Position numbers and translations under genes: made by a program. Below are positions 12,962-27,235 of a stretch of 64,000 nt of DNA, piece by piece. Each line of letters begins with the position of its first letter. The stretch's first letter is position 1. Source of the stretch: Octopus sinensis (lineage: Eukaryota). The stretch is from contig NC_043013.1 in assembly GCF_006345805.1 (NCBI RefSeq), positions 55,676,001 to 55,740,000 of the forward strand, written 5' to 3'. A model generated the notes under the pieces. The model saw only the letters and a program-made list of their open reading frames with translations, was not told the origin of the DNA and searched no databases.

Positions 12962-13810
12962 ATGTGTGTACGCATTATATATATAAATGTATACAAATTA
13001 TATATATATATATATATATATATAAATACAGATATATACACTTTGTATATATACATTATATATACATATTTATATATAGAACACACACACACATAAATTA
13101 ACCCAATAAATATCTGATTCATAATATTTGTTCTCATGATTGTGTGTGGTGGTGGTGGCGATCATAATTCTCTCTATGAATGCAGACAGACATAGAGAGA
13201 GAGTGTGTGACAGCGCTCGTAAAGGCGATGGGGGAAAGATAGTAGACTTTCCCTCACTTTCTCTTACTCTCTATCTTTCTCTATCTATCTCTCTCCCGTT
13301 TATAAACAACAAAAGATCTTGAGTAAGTTGAGAAAGAAAATATTTTTACGCTTTTTAAACCCTTCGTCGTTATTCTCATTCACTCATTATTACTTTCTCC
13401 CTTCCTTTCACTTTCTCTCTATAACGTTATAGAGACAATGTGAAGGGAAGGGAGGTAGACGCTGTGAAACAACGTTATAAAGAGAAAGTGGAGGGAAGGG
13501 AGGCAGACGCTGTGAAATGTCGTTATAGATAGAACGTGAAAGGAAGGGAGGAAAGAGAGTGAGTGATGGAGGAAGACAGATACATAAAAGAATAAGAGTA
13601 GACTTGTTAAAGTGCGTTTTTGGCCCTAGCAGCGACACCTTTTAAGATGGGGATTTTTAATTTAGCCCACTCGCATCCTCACCTCATTTTACATCTCCCT
13701 GTAAATTTTGGAGCCAATCTGGCGGGATCTAGTGGCCTTTAACCCGTTCTCAGTGTCAAAACCAGACAAACAAACAAACTTTTCGCATTTCAGAATTATA
13801 ATATAGAGAT
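12039..13810 (+). mobile_element. Helentron/Helitron-like non-autonomous element(s) with internal duplications
   Basis: Starts actagc...acccgctctatgcgtggg; ends acaaacaaac...ataatatagagat; 12190-12275 is duplicated at 13265-13345; about 51-bp tandem units at 13420-13550. Confidence 0.5.
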
Positions 13811-14799
13811 TATGTGTCTTTGTTTTAAACATGTTCTTTAATATAATGCCATGCACTGTCTTATTTTGTTAACATTCTGTGAATTTACCATTTTGTGTGA
13901 CGTCTATTTCTGTCCTCTCTTTCCTTTTTGCCCTTCTCTCTCCCTTTAACATTTTCCTCTGTGCTGCTACCTATCCCAGTCTTGTGCCTTCCTCTTCTAT
14001 TTCCGTTGCTCTCAGTATCTCTCTCTGCCCTCTACCACTTTCTCCCTCCATCCACAGACAGCTTATCCTTTGGCATCATCACCCTTCATTTCTTTTTCCC
14101 CATCAATCACTAACATGACCAGCCATGTTTCTTTTGTCTCCAACTTTCAACATGTTTTGTTGTCTCTCTGTTGTTCCCTTCATTTCCAATCCTTTAGTAT
14201 ACTCTTCCTGGCATTACCCATATTTTCGTCTCATGTCCCAGCCCCAAGGCCTTATTCTCTTTATTTGTTTCATTTTGTATGTATATCCACATTCCATCAA
14301 GTTTGTTTCCGTCTTTGTCCCTTGTCCATTCCTTATTCATCTCATCTTGAATATTATTTCGTTTGTATCATTCATATTGCATATTGCTGATAGATTTCAT
14401 ATTTCTTTGCCCACTTTCTGCTGTTTGGTCCTCTGTTCATTTCTTCGTTATCCACCCGGGGGCTTCTCATCACTGAGGCCACCAAAGGGGATCATTATTA
14501 TCGTAAAAGGTATGAAATTGGTGATCCTTTTGATAATTGACAAGAGTTTGTAAATATTCTGTGTGTGTATTCTAGTCGTTCTATTCCTTTGTGCGTATAT
14601 ATATATCATCTTCCTCCTCCTCCTCCTCATCATCATCCAGTGTTTTAAATCTCTGGCCAGATCTACCTCAGAGTGCTAGCAGCTGCCCTCACACCATCTC
14701 ACCTTCTTGCGCTGTTCTGGGCATCCTCCCTTCTCAGTCTTCTCCTCCACCTGTCCCCTCCATGTTTTCCTCTAAAATAAAATTTAGGATTTATGGCGG

Positions 14800-15062
14800 G
14801 TCAAAGTTAGGAACAAAAACACGACTGTATTTCTTTATTGCCCTCAGGGGCTAAAAGTAGAGGGGACTAACAAGGACAGACAAAGGGATTAAGTCAATTA
14901 CATTGATTCCAGTGCATAACTGGTACTTATTTAAACGACTCCAAAAGAAAGAAAGAAAGGTAAAGTCAACCTCAGCAGAATTTGAACTCAGAACGTAACG
15001 GCAGATGAAATACCGCTAAGCATTTCACCCAGTGTGCTAACAACTCTGCCAGCTCGCTGCCC
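14800..15062 (-). mobile_element. tRNA-headed SINE, family C (CORE-type)
   Basis: Minus strand ggcagcgagctggcagagttgttagc...ctgagttcaaattctgctgaggttgactttacc with A/B-box-like motifs; many copies in the window. Confidence 0.85.
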
Positions 15063-16399
15063 TATGCTTGAGTCAAATTAGGAGCAAACACATAGAACAC
15101 GTATCTATGAACAGATCTGTAGATTATTGGCAATCATGCACATTATCATTATTGTTGACCATACCATCTTCTGATACAACTTACTTGAATGACTGTCTGA
15201 AGTAAGCAAACAAAATTTCAGTATGCCATACATACATACATACATACATACATACATACATACATACATGCATGCATGCATATATACATTCATATAAACG
15301 TGCATGCATACATACGTACATACATACATGCATACATACACACACACACACAAAGCATCATTCATATCTATGCCTTTATGGGAGCTAACGAATTTTGGTG
15401 CTGTTTAGAAGTCTTTATTGTGTTGATCAACACCAGATATGTTAAAACAATAACAAGCCCAGTGATGTTAATACAGCAATGAAACAAAGTGGTGCATTGT
15501 CAGACAGCTGGGCATTGCTTTTAATAGTAGGAGTGAATTGCTAAGGGCAGAGCTGAGTTCCACTTCATGTTGAGTTCATGATTTACTCAGTTATAACTGT
15601 AGAAACAACAACTCGATAGTTCTCGAGATTTCATGAAGTGATTAGTTGTATTATATTGAAAAGATTATTGACAAGTGAGTTTAGTCTTAGGATATACCTT
15701 TTACTTAATATACATTGAAGCAAGGACGATGTAATTAAAATGGCAGGGGGAGTGCAGTGAAATTGCTATGGGGAGGGAAACATCCAGCATTTTGGAAAGA
15801 GTTCTACATCAGCTAGCAGAAGACTGAGTGGTCTTCATACTTCCTATCTTGCTCTATATTTGCAAGACAATGGGACACTGTCCAGGGCCCTTATGAGCTG
15901 CCTGAACCCCTTTATTATACTGCAGAGGATTATGAGTTACCATCAGTTGGATTTTGTATCCAAGCAACTACTAGACTGAAAAACTGGAATGGATTCCATT
16001 GCTCGTAGGATTTGGAATTGTCAGTTCAGATTGTTTGGTCATGCTGTTCCATTTTCCAAATTGGGTTCTGCAGATCAAGTCCTTTTCTCTCAGGATCCAT
16101 CAAGGGTGATGGCTCAAGCTAGAGGGCCACATGCCACATGGTCATGACAGATGGGGAAATATTTGGTAGAGATGAAAACTGATTGAAACACTACTCAGAC
16201 GGTTGCTTGGGATTAGCTGAGTCAATTGTGGATGCAACAAGGCACTGCACTTGTGCTTCATATCCTGCCCATATTTGACCTGACCTTTCTTCAGGGTCAA
16301 AATGACTGAAGGAAAGATAGTAGATGCAAAACTCTAGTGAACTTTACTCGAAAGAAGGATCCTGTCCAAAACATTTGATATTCTGCTCCCCATGGTGAT

Positions 16400-16600
16400 T
16401 TCACTAATAATTCTGTCCTTTTTCCCAAATAATACAAGTTTTGCTGTGACAGTACAGCTCCAGTCTCCCTTGATTCTGTTTATATAAGTTAAACCATCTT
16501 TGTTCACTTTTTATTAGGACTGAATATTGCTTTTGATAAACAATCTCCAATAAGCAGCAGACATGTCCAATTTGCAGATATAAAACATCTAACAATGAAA
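16400..16600 (-). pseudogene. Possible decayed reverse transcriptase fragment (PLE-like)
   Basis: LDVLYL...NLYKQNQG resembles the LDVxxL and YxQxxG motifs; weak. Confidence 0.25.
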
Positions 16601-18695
16601 CAGCGACAAATTTAAACTTTATACATTAAAAATGTAATATCTACTTCCTCTTTTATAGTGAACTGGTTAAAGAAACATGGCTAACTTCAGTCGCCTCTGA
16701 ATATATTATACACAGCACCAGTTGAATATTTCACACACACACACACACACTCATACACGCACACACAAGCCATTTATCTGTTTTATAGCCACTTTTATGA
16801 ATTAATCATTAAGTTAGTGCAAAGATTATTTTGATGTTGATTCCGGAATAATCAGGCAGAAATACTGTTGATCAGAAATGATTTGAAAAAGAAGTCGAAA
16901 GATGAAACAGATGCATTTGTAATGTGCATGCTGTATTAAGAAGCAATTAATATCATATCCATATGCTGTCTGTCATGTGAGATCGGCATTATTCAGTACC
17001 CACAGGGTGATAAGAAATGCAACAACTATGTCGATGCTGTTGTCATCTCCATGAATCCTCCTGGGAAATGTATGACCAGATAAAATAAACGAAGTTTCAA
17101 ACAGACTAACCTAAAAAAAGAATTGCAATCAAAATACTATGTTTAAGATATTGTATCAGCAAAATATGCAGATCTGTATGGATTTGCTTTAATCTATTAG
17201 TAATACATCATAAAGCATAAGATGTATATTATAGCTTCTGTAATATGTAATAAATACATATTTAATATCACTTTGAAATATTGTATTGTATATCTTGCAC
17301 AATGCACATAACACCTACATTACATTAGACAAATATCATATGAATGATTTATCCAGTGCTGCAGAATATTCATTGCAGTTTTATGGTGACTGTTATATGC
17401 AGCATATATTTTGCACTATCAATCACATGACTTGTGTTTATAGCACAAAACTCAAAATATATTCAAATATGTTATTTTACACAAAAGTAGAAAATTACCC
17501 AAGAGATGAAGTTATATATTCAATTCATGAATTTAACTGAAGTGGTTGGCTGGGGTGGAATGGCTACTTTGATTTCGTTTGTAACACTGTACATCAGTGA
17601 AAATACATGGGGAAACTATTTGGTTTAATATTTAGGAGAAGTAAACATTGGAGAAATATTGTTGGACCAGATAATAATAATTAATTCAAGTAAGAGTTTA
17701 ACTCAATCAAGTGTCACATATTTTGAATTTTTAAACGAGTAAATTTTCTTGACGTTGTACGAGAGAGAAAGAGAATGAGAGAGAGAAAGGGAGTGAGAGA
17801 TAGAGAGAGAGAGAGAGAGGAAGAGAGAGACAATGGGCTATTTTAGCATCCAATCTTTTAGCATGTTTGAACAGTCAACAAGGAAACCATTTTTCCAAAG
17901 TAAATAAAGATAAATAACTTGAAAATACGTTGCTCAATCGATCCCTTTTCTCCTGTTAACTGTGAGAGTTTATAAACATGTCAGGTGTTTGCAGCTATTT
18001 TATGTATTTACTAAATTATTTATGAATGTTGAGAGGGTTTAGATTAATGGGTTTACCCCTTAGGGTATTTTAGTTTAAATAAAGATAGGGGTTAACATCT
18101 GGAATCTGCTGAAAATGGAATTTGTTGAAAATGGATTTCTTTCCCTGAATATTTTACTCAGAAAAGGAAGACCCTATCTATGATACTTAACAGAGTCTCT
18201 GAGAGTGGAGGGATAAAAGAAGAAAGGGTGAGAGGTAATAAATCTTAGAGACCTGCTTCAAATACAGAGGAACCTCAGTCTACGAATTCATTCCTGAGGT
18301 CTATTTGTCACCCAAAATGTTTGTAAACAACAACTGTCTTACCCAAAGTAAATTCAAGAGAAAGCATCCGTGAATTCTAGCAGGAATGTGAACTGAGTGA
18401 AAGCAAAGCAGTAACTGATGCTCACCTGCTCATACTCCTGGATTGTCACCAATCATTGTCGATGGTTTGTGTAGTTGTTAGTTGAGACACCAGTTGTCAC
18501 CTGAAACATCTTGTGTTTGAAAAATTGTTTGTAAACCGATTTGTTTGTGATGAAAGACATTTGTAAAGCAAGGTTCAACTGTATTTGGACTTTATCAGAG
18601 ATGGTCATGGTTGGTCATGGTGAAGGCCTGCGAGATGAAAGAGAACTCTCTGTAATCATTCAAGGACTTGACACACAAATATATATATACATATA

Positions 18696-18858
18696 TACGA
18701 CGGGCTTCTTTCAGTCTCCATCTACCAAATCCACTCACAAAGCTTTGGTCAGCCTGAGGCTATGGTAGAAGACACTTGCCCAAGGAGCCACGCAGTGGGA
18801 CTGAACCCGGAACCATGTGGTTGGTAAGCAAGCTACTTACCACACAGCCACTCCTATA
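18696..18858 (-). mobile_element. SINE family B 5' half, well preserved
   Basis: Minus strand aggagtggctgtgtggtaagtagcttgc...ccgggttcagtccc (A box/B box), ccttgggcaagtgtcttctac. Confidence 0.9.
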
Positions 18859-19390
18859 CCTATCATAACTGATCCAAAATAATTTGTGTATTTATTCTTC
18901 CTTATATACAAATTCAAAATAAATAGTATAAAAATGTGTATGTTAAGAGGTTAACAACAAAGAAGTGATATTGAACCAGTGTGTGTTAGTTTTATTGGCG
19001 TTTTGGCCGTCCCAAAACACAAGATTTGCTTCAACACATGAACTCACATCAAGAATCTTGCAAACCAAATACAAAACAGGAAATAACATTTGAATATTTT
19101 ATATCTATAAGCTAGAAAGTGGGATTTTTTTACAGTAGACAGATCATAACTGATAAATATCTGAAAAAGGTCAAGAAAAGCATTTAATTTGTGTATTTTG
19201 TTATAATTTAGTTATTTTAGGGGTTAAGAAATGGTTTGTTTCTGGTATTTTTGTTGCTTCTTATCCAAAATTTTTAACATTATGTGTATTTTACTGACAG
19301 ACTTTTCCTTAATTAAAATATCACAGTTTATTTATATTTCTTTACTCAACATGGAGATAATCTTAGTAGTTATTTTAAAAATAATGAACA

Positions 19391-19425
19391 TAATAATAAT
19401 GATAATAATAATAATAATAATAATG

Positions 19426-19472
<47 letters not shown>

Positions 19473-19488
19473 TATTATTATTATTATT
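19391..19488. repeat. (TAA)n switching to (TTA)n
   Basis: Orientation flips at about 19471. Confidence 0.95.
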
Positions 19489-19872
19489 CTATGTTTGACT
19501 TTTGCTTTATATTTGTACAAGTTGGCTCCAAGTCTCACCCAGAGACCTCAAGAGACAACAGGGTTGGAAGTTCATGTTGTTGTTATGCCTAGTGTGCCAT
19601 ATATTTGGGGGGTGGGGATGTTGTACTAATGAATGTCTAAAAAAAAAAGTTTTTTTTTTTTTTTTTTTTTTTTAAACCGAAAATTATGGTTGTTTTAAAC
19701 CTTGAGGTTACATAGAGAGTATTTTGCGTAGGATATGAGCAGTTCCCATGAGCACTATCTTTTGAACTTCTGCCATTTTTGGGTTTCCTGGTATCTGAGT
19801 TAGGTAGCTATCAGCCCCTTTTGCTATCATTCCCAGGGCACCTATGACAACAGGTATTGTTTTAGTCTTCAG
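19489..19872 (-). mobile_element. 5'-truncated R4/Dong-like RLE non-LTR retrotransposon in (TAA)n
   Basis: KTKTIPVVIGALGMIAKGADSYLTQIPGNPKMAEVQKIVLMGTAHILRKILSM* matches the RLE C-terminal signature PxVIGALG...QKxxLxGTAxILR; (TAA)n on both sides on the element strand. Confidence 0.85.
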
Positions 19873-19883
19873 TATTATTATTA

Positions 19884-19939
<56 letters not shown>

Positions 19940-21412
19940 ACACTAAAAATAAAACACAATCCTAAAAGATATAATTTGTTGATATTGCATAGTGAAGTTT
20001 GAGAAGATTTAGGGTTTCAAATAATTAAATTATAACATTATAATAATATTACATTAATAATCCAATATCAAATATTAAAAAACTAAATTTTTCATAAAAA
20101 AAACTGCATCTGTTTCTGATGCCAGAATGTCTAATAATAAAATACACAAGAGTTATTTTTGCAAGTTTTACTTTTGGTAAACATGAAGCCTTGGAATTTT
20201 AGATGAAAAAAATGATTTGTGTGACATGTATATCTTTCTAATATCTTTCAGTGATAAGAATAGAGTGTAACCAAAACTGCGTTGCAGATTTAATTTACCA
20301 AAACCTAATGGTTTTAAATGTTATCAGAATTAACACAAAGCAGATTAAAGCATATTGGAATTAGTAACAAAAACTAAATAACGACAGCATTTGATTGCAT
20401 CCAGTCAAGCACTTCACATCTATCTGAGAATGTCTTGCTGCTGCATTCACAAACTGCTTCTTCTCTCTGCTCTTTGTACCACTACTACTCAAGCTGATGC
20501 TCATTTGAACTAATTAGTTGCATTTTCATGAGACCATTTTTGTGATACCACAACATTTTAGTTGCATTTAAGTGCATTTGCACTTAACATAGTCAAATCC
20601 TTCATCTGAAGATCAATAGCCTCTTGGTTTTCTTCCTTACTCATCTCTGTCCATAAACTTTCAGACTAAACATCAATCACTTCAGCTAGAAAGGGACCTG
20701 CAAATATGATCAAGGTTCCACATCCTGTGTCTAACAAATATAAAATATATTTTCACTAACCCTTTTGTTACCATATTTCTTTCAAAGCACACTCCCCACT
20801 TTATTTTCTATAAATTTGAAAACGATGAAACATTTAGTAAAATATCTTTGTCATTATTCAGCTGGAGTTTGGAACATGAATTAATATGAAATTTGGATGG
20901 AGACTTTAATCTCTGTCATTTAAGAGAAAGGAAATTTGTATCATTGAATCAGAGATCAAAAAGGATTAAATTTGATAGAAAACAAAGCTAATAATAATTG
21001 ATAAATAACAAAGATTGATCCATTTTCCTATATCCTCTCCTCACAAAAATAGGTTTTTTTTTACCAAAAATGGAAAATAATTCTTAATAGATTTAGACTA
21101 TCAAGATTAACCACATCAAGTTCAAATCTAGATTTGACTCGGTCTGCTATTTTCTCAAAATTCAAAATGTATCTGTAATATCTTGGGATTCATTTAATTA
21201 ATAATAGCTTCTGATTTGGGCCCAAGGCCAGTATTTTTGAGGGGAAGAGGTTAGCCAAAAACCATGAGATTGTGTAGCAGACTTCTTAGCCACTCTGATT
21301 AAAATGCTCTGATAATCTCTGTAGTAAACTACATAGACTTATTAGTTTAGTATTGATATTCAACTATATTAATATTAGTTTAAAATTTTTATTGATATTA
21401 ATATTAACTATA

Positions 21413-21841
21413 GAGACAGGAGTGGCTGTGTAGTAAGAAGCTTGCTTCTCAACAACATGGTCCTGGGTTCTGCTCCATGGTATGGAACCTTGGGCAAGTG
21501 TCTTCTACTGTAGCCTGGGACTGACCAAAGCCTTATGAGTGGATGTGCCAGACAGAAACTGAAAGAAGCCCATCCTATACATATATATATATATGCATGT
21601 GTGTGTGTGTGTGTGTGAATTTGTCTCCCCACCCCAACCATCACTGCTTGACAACTGGTGTTGATGGGTTTATGTCCCTGTAACTTAGTGGTTCAACAAA
21701 AAGAAAAATGAAAACAAATAGATTAAGTATCTGGCTTAAAAAAATAAGTCCTAGGGTCGAAATGTTTGACTAAAACACTTTCAAGTGGTGCTCCAGCATG
21801 GCTGCAGTCAAATGACTGAAACAGAAAAAAGAATCAAAGAA
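21413..21841 (+). mobile_element. Full-length SINE family B
   Basis: tRNA-like head, internal (TA)/(TG) tract, 3' tail ggtgctccagcatggctgcagtcaaatgactgaaac. Confidence 0.9.
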
Positions 21842-23765
21842 TACATGATTAGGTAATTGAGAAGAAATATTGAACAAAAAAAAATTGGCTTAGTTCAATG
21901 TTAATTGTTAACCATATTCTTAAATTAATTTAGTATTAATACTTAACTAGATAATTAAAGTAGTTAGTTCAGTATTCATTATTCATTAAACAATTAGACC
22001 ATATAGTTTCAGTATTAATAATTAATGATATTATTAGACCAGTTTGTTCAGTATTATTGTTTAAATGCTATAATACAGACCAATTAACTATTATTATTAA
22101 TCACATAATTAGTCAGTTGAGTATTAATATTTAATTCCCTAGTTAGACTGGTAACTAGATAACCAGTGCTTCTATTTTCATCTTGCTTATTATTGACTAA
22201 ATTAAAATGTTCAGTGATTTCAAATGATAACTAATCAATATATATGCAAATACAGACTTCCAGGCTTCAGAAGAAATTGGAAAACCAATTTCAATCAAAA
22301 GAATAAAGCATTTCTTTAAAAGACATATTTCAGCATCTTGTCAAGATGTTACTTTTAATATGAAAGCTGCATAAAGAAGATTGATATTCTCTACGCAGCC
22401 TGCCTTGACATGTATTGGCCGTCTTTGTTTGTCCAGTGGCAATACTCAAAGACAGATTTATGTAGAGAATATCTAAGACTTCTTCTTGTCTTGCCACAAT
22501 ATTAAAGTTGGATTGATTCAGTGCAAACCTGATGGACTAAGGATTCCTGGTTCACAGCCTACCTCAATCATGTCTCTTGTTTCTAGCAGAGAAGACTCAG
22601 ACCTGCATGGCTCAGTACTCCTAGGAGTATATCGTATAAATGACTATGGTAAACTGCAAAGGTGTGGTATAACTTGAAGAGGAGTAAGATGAGAGAAAGT
22701 GACTTTTGGATATTTGCAAGGACAATGGTCATATAATGGTGGAAGTGCATTAGTTTGAGCCAATGAAAATGATGCATTTAAAAAGAAGGTGTCTTGGCCA
22801 TTGTTTAGCATCCTTTATCTGCGGTTTCAATCCCTGGTGACAATAGTGACCAGGGATTCTCCCACATGAAAACGATGACCAAACAAATTCTATGAATCAA
22901 GTGTATAACTCATCTTCATAGATACCCCACCATCACACATGTACGCATACACAAATGCATGCATGTATGCATGTGCACACACTCGCTGCAGTTGAGACAA
23001 TCTTCAATGGAAGAGAAATTTTCCATAAATATTTGAATCTATAAGCTAGTCTTCATTTCATAAGTATCGTTGTATATCCCTAGGTTGGTGTTGATTTGAC
23101 CAAGCCTTTGATTAAAAGCCTTCCAGCTATGACCATTTCAACATTTTGTGTATCTAGAACTCTTATCAAATTTAATCGTAAATAAACCGGTGGAAATTCA
23201 ACTGCTATTTCTAACAGGTTGTGTGACTACACCAGAGCTTTCTTGCTGTCCCATTGTCCCATTGTCTTGTTGACTCATTGTCCAAATATCTTACTATCTT
23301 GTCTCAAGGTCTTGTTAACTTCACATGCGATCTCATATGAAGAGTATATGTAATTAGGAAATGCTCAGTTTATTTGAAATACTCATCTCAAATCCTTCAT
23401 GGTCTTGAAGAAGGTAACACTCATTGATGAAGCATGAATTGCCAGTACCTGGGGTGTGACATTTATTGTAAAGCAGGCAGGACCCTTTTTAATTTTTATT
23501 ATTAATATAATATTTTTATCTTTTGAAATTTTGTGTCCCCTAAGAATTTACCCTCGATGTAACTACCCTTGTGGTCTCCACCCCATGCTATACCAGTGGT
23601 AACTCTGATGTGCTTTATAGAAAGTAGAAGCATTAAGTAGACAATAACTTAACAATTCATATCTTAACACATTCATATCTGGTATACAGAGTTTTGCTAT
23701 GGAAGGTGTGTTCTGTGGTTAATGCTCATGTCTTTAACTGCTTTCAGTTTTTATTAAAGACAAGC

Positions 23766-24268
23766 AAAACGCTCCTCCCCCCGTCCAATGAGTTGTTAAA
23801 CATTTAAAGCAAATTTTCTCAAAACAACTTGTCTGACCATCCCATTGGCCTCCCCTTTAAGAAACACCGATTTAACCTAAATTTGAGACACCAGCAAAAG
23901 AAGAAATAAAGATAGACTTTTTTCTATTCCAAAGAAAAACGATTTTATCCACACAAATATGCAACCGAAGAGTTTAAAGTACCAGTAATGGATAAGGCTG
24001 TTGACTGGGAGAACACAAATATGGTTTAAACAGTAAGCTTGGCAGGAAAGAAACATGCCTTTAAACAGTACAAAAACAACAAAAAAATGGAAGGTGCAGT
24101 CATGCATTTTCACCTGGAATCGATTTTTGTAATTTTTTCAAGACTTATACACGCCCTGATACCATTGGTAGCTACATATCAAATTTGAGTGCAATCAGAT
24201 GAAGGATGCCCGAGATACGAGAAGACACACACACACAGACAAACAGAACAGATTTTATACAAGAGATT
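23766..24268 (+). mobile_element. Longer copy of the 10660-11015 repeat
   Basis: Collinear similarity; about 150 bp of extra internal sequence. Confidence 0.7.
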
Positions 24269-25682
24269 TATCAGGCATTCCGCTGTCCTTCCTTTGTGGT
24301 AAATTTTGTGAACTCTCCTAAATCTCGTTTGCATTTTTTATAAATAGCTCTACAATAATTTTCTTTTGCTAGTTTACATTATGTAAGTGAACACTGATGA
24401 CTTTTAAACAGAAGAGGAAACTGCCCAGTTTAATCATGATTCCAAGTCTCAGAAAGGTCTGAGTTTTAACCATGGGACCAAAATGTCCTGCAAGACTAAA
24501 TATATGGATATTAAAGATAAAGCAAAAAACAGAAGAAATTATTAATGTTGGATAGAGTACCTCACTGTATTTAATCCACCCTTTTTCCTTCCATGTTCAA
24601 ATCCTGTCAAAGCTAGCTTTACCTTCCATCAATTTATAATTGAAGAAAAAGAACTCAATGAATCCAGGATGGTATGGATTGGTGATGCTCTTAGAGCATT
24701 GGACATGATGCCTTGGGGCATCTATTTTGGCATTTTGTCTTCTGAAAGCAATGCCTTCAACAAATTTAGTGCTAAGGTGGTGCCATTTATCTTGCGTAGC
24801 TTCAACTGCAAGGAGAGATTTGCAAAAAATGGACGGCTGCTAAGTCTTTCCCAATGGCTTCTATGGTTGGAGCAGATTTGATTTCGCTAAAGGCACTCAA
24901 AGAACTAGGCGGCAGTGTTAAACTGGATAACAGATTAATGCATACCAGTTGAGAACTTATATACTTAAACATACCAGTATGGAATGTGGATGTTAAAGAA
25001 GAAGAAGGAGGTAGCTGCCACTTACATCACCACCACTGATGACAATATTGATGATGATGATGACGACGAGGATGATGATGGGGATGAAGGTGATGATGAT
25101 GATGATGATGATATTCACTCTGAAGGCTTTCCATACAGTTTTATTCCATTAAATTACACTCACAAAGCTTTGGTCAAACCAAAATTATAGCAGCAGACAT
25201 TTGGCCAAGGTGCCATGTCATAGGTTTGAACCCAAAACATCATTGTTTCAATGCAAACTTCTTTACCATATACCCATATCTACAAGAACTCTGGAATTCT
25301 TCTGCAAGTTATCATGTTTTGTATCAGATTGAGTCACCACTGAAGTATTGGTAGATATTCTATGAATTTTAGAAGAACTGGTATTCCAAGTGGAACTTAA
25401 TTCAGTGATCGACAATCATAAACATCTCTGTTGCTGTTGCTTTGGATCAGAATAAAGAGGAACAGAAAACTATATTAGCATGAAGAATTTGTTGCAAAAG
25501 AAACAAATCCACTTTTATGCGTGCCTTGAGAGAAATAAAGAATGGTACTATTACAGATAAGAAATGGTGCTATTTTAAATTCAGAAGAAAGAAATGTGTT
25601 TATTTAGAAGAGAAGGTTTACTGATCAAGATGTAAGAGGCGGAATGGTAAACATGCAACTGAAATGCATTGACAAACAATGG

Positions 25683-25782
25683 AAAAACCGATCATTAAAA
25701 ATGTCTCGTAGAATAGATGGTCCATTTATATTGATAGTGTGACCTTTGCCCATTGATAATCAATATAAAATTCAAGTTAAAC
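25683..25782 (+). pseudogene. Possible Gypsy integrase C-terminal (GPY/F) relic
   Basis: KNRSLKMSRRIDGPFILIV*PLPIDNQYKIQV. Confidence 0.35.
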
Positions 25783-26141
25783 ATCAACTGCCCTAACCTC
25801 AATTAATCATCCGAATCTTCAGTTGGCTTGAGAAAATCACAGGCATGTTTGAACAAATTCCTTTGGATAACAAATATAAATGTAAACCGATAAATGAAAA
25901 TTATAAATATGAGTAAAGCAAGCAAATGGTTTGGGAAACATGGAAATGGAGCTTCTAAGAGAAAGAATATTGAGAGGAGTTAAATGCATAAAGAGAACGA
26001 ATACTAAAACCTGGCTTTACTGTTTCACTCAAGATCAACTCTAATCGAGTATATCTATATTCAGGAACGTTCCATTTATGACCATCCCATCTGTTTATAT
26101 GTTAGGGTTGACATTGTGCAATGTATCTAATCAATGTTTTA

Positions 26142-26361
26142 CTCTATAGCATTTAAACCGGTCATAACCAGCTCAAGTAGTCAACCAGTTTTATATTCAA
26201 AGGGATTAGATCCAGCTTCTCACACTTACCCTATAATGTCATTCTAAAAACAAAGAATCGCATCATGAAGATCTCTAAGCTATGAGATAGTTCTTGATTA
26301 ATTCAAAACAATGTTAACTAATAAGTATAAGATTAGACAGAGTAATCTGAATGTTAAAGGT
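26142..26361. mobile_element. TTAA-type MITE family 2 (second copy at 50995-51207)
   Basis: Ends ctct(a/t)tagca...tgttaaagg(g/t)-ttaa; the two copies align internally. Confidence 0.6.
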
Positions 26362-26987
26362 TTAAGACAGTAAGGTGTCAAAAGAAGGAGTCTGGTGCCA
26401 TTTCTAACAAGCTGAATGATTCCTGTAGAGGCTCTCTTGTTGATATGGGCAAGCAGCAGATGGCATCGACAACAGCCATTCTCCAATGGATCCATGGCAG
26501 AAGCTCAGAGCAGAACATTTGAGATGAACAGAATTTCCATGGGATTTGATTAAAGAAACATGTTTTACCTTTGGGTAATTAACGGCTTTTAATCTTCATC
26601 AGAAAGATGTAATCATCTAAAAATATAACATGAATACAGACAAAACATTGAAATCATTATCATTATTGACATCATAGTCATCATCACCATCGTCATCATT
26701 GTCTCCCTCCTCCTCCTCTTTATCACCATCTCCACCACCACCACCACCATCATCATCATTTACATCTGCTTTCCTATGATTGCATTGGTTAGATAAGATT
26801 TTATTGCAACAGAATTTTCTACAGCTGGATGCTCTTCCTGTCATCAACCCTTACCTGTTTCTTTCCAAGCAAGGTAATATTTTTCCTTGTCTATCAAACA
26901 ACACATAACTCAGAGATGACGTTTCCATGGAGAAGTGGAAACAAAGGACATCATTCGTATGAATGGGAATACACACACACACACACG

Positions 26988-27033
<46 letters not shown>

Positions 27034-27235
27034 TGCACACACACACACACACACACACATGCACATATGCACAGACATGCACACATGTGAGCACACACAC
27101 ATACGCACACACACATGCACACATGTGAGCACACACACACACGCTAAATATAATGTGTCTGTTAAATAAAGATGAAGTAATGTCTACAAAATTTATAGAC
27201 ATGTCGAAGGGAGAATCCATTAGAGAACTTCTTAC

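Noticed and set aside
21413-21490. tRNA genes at SINE heads
   Set aside because: Only A/B-box-like motifs, no full cloverleaf, and they continue into SINE bodies.
21860-22200. Degenerate ~40-bp AT-rich periodicity (ttagttcagtattaat)
   Set aside because: Old minisatellite with unit boundaries too vague to define; no evidence of function.
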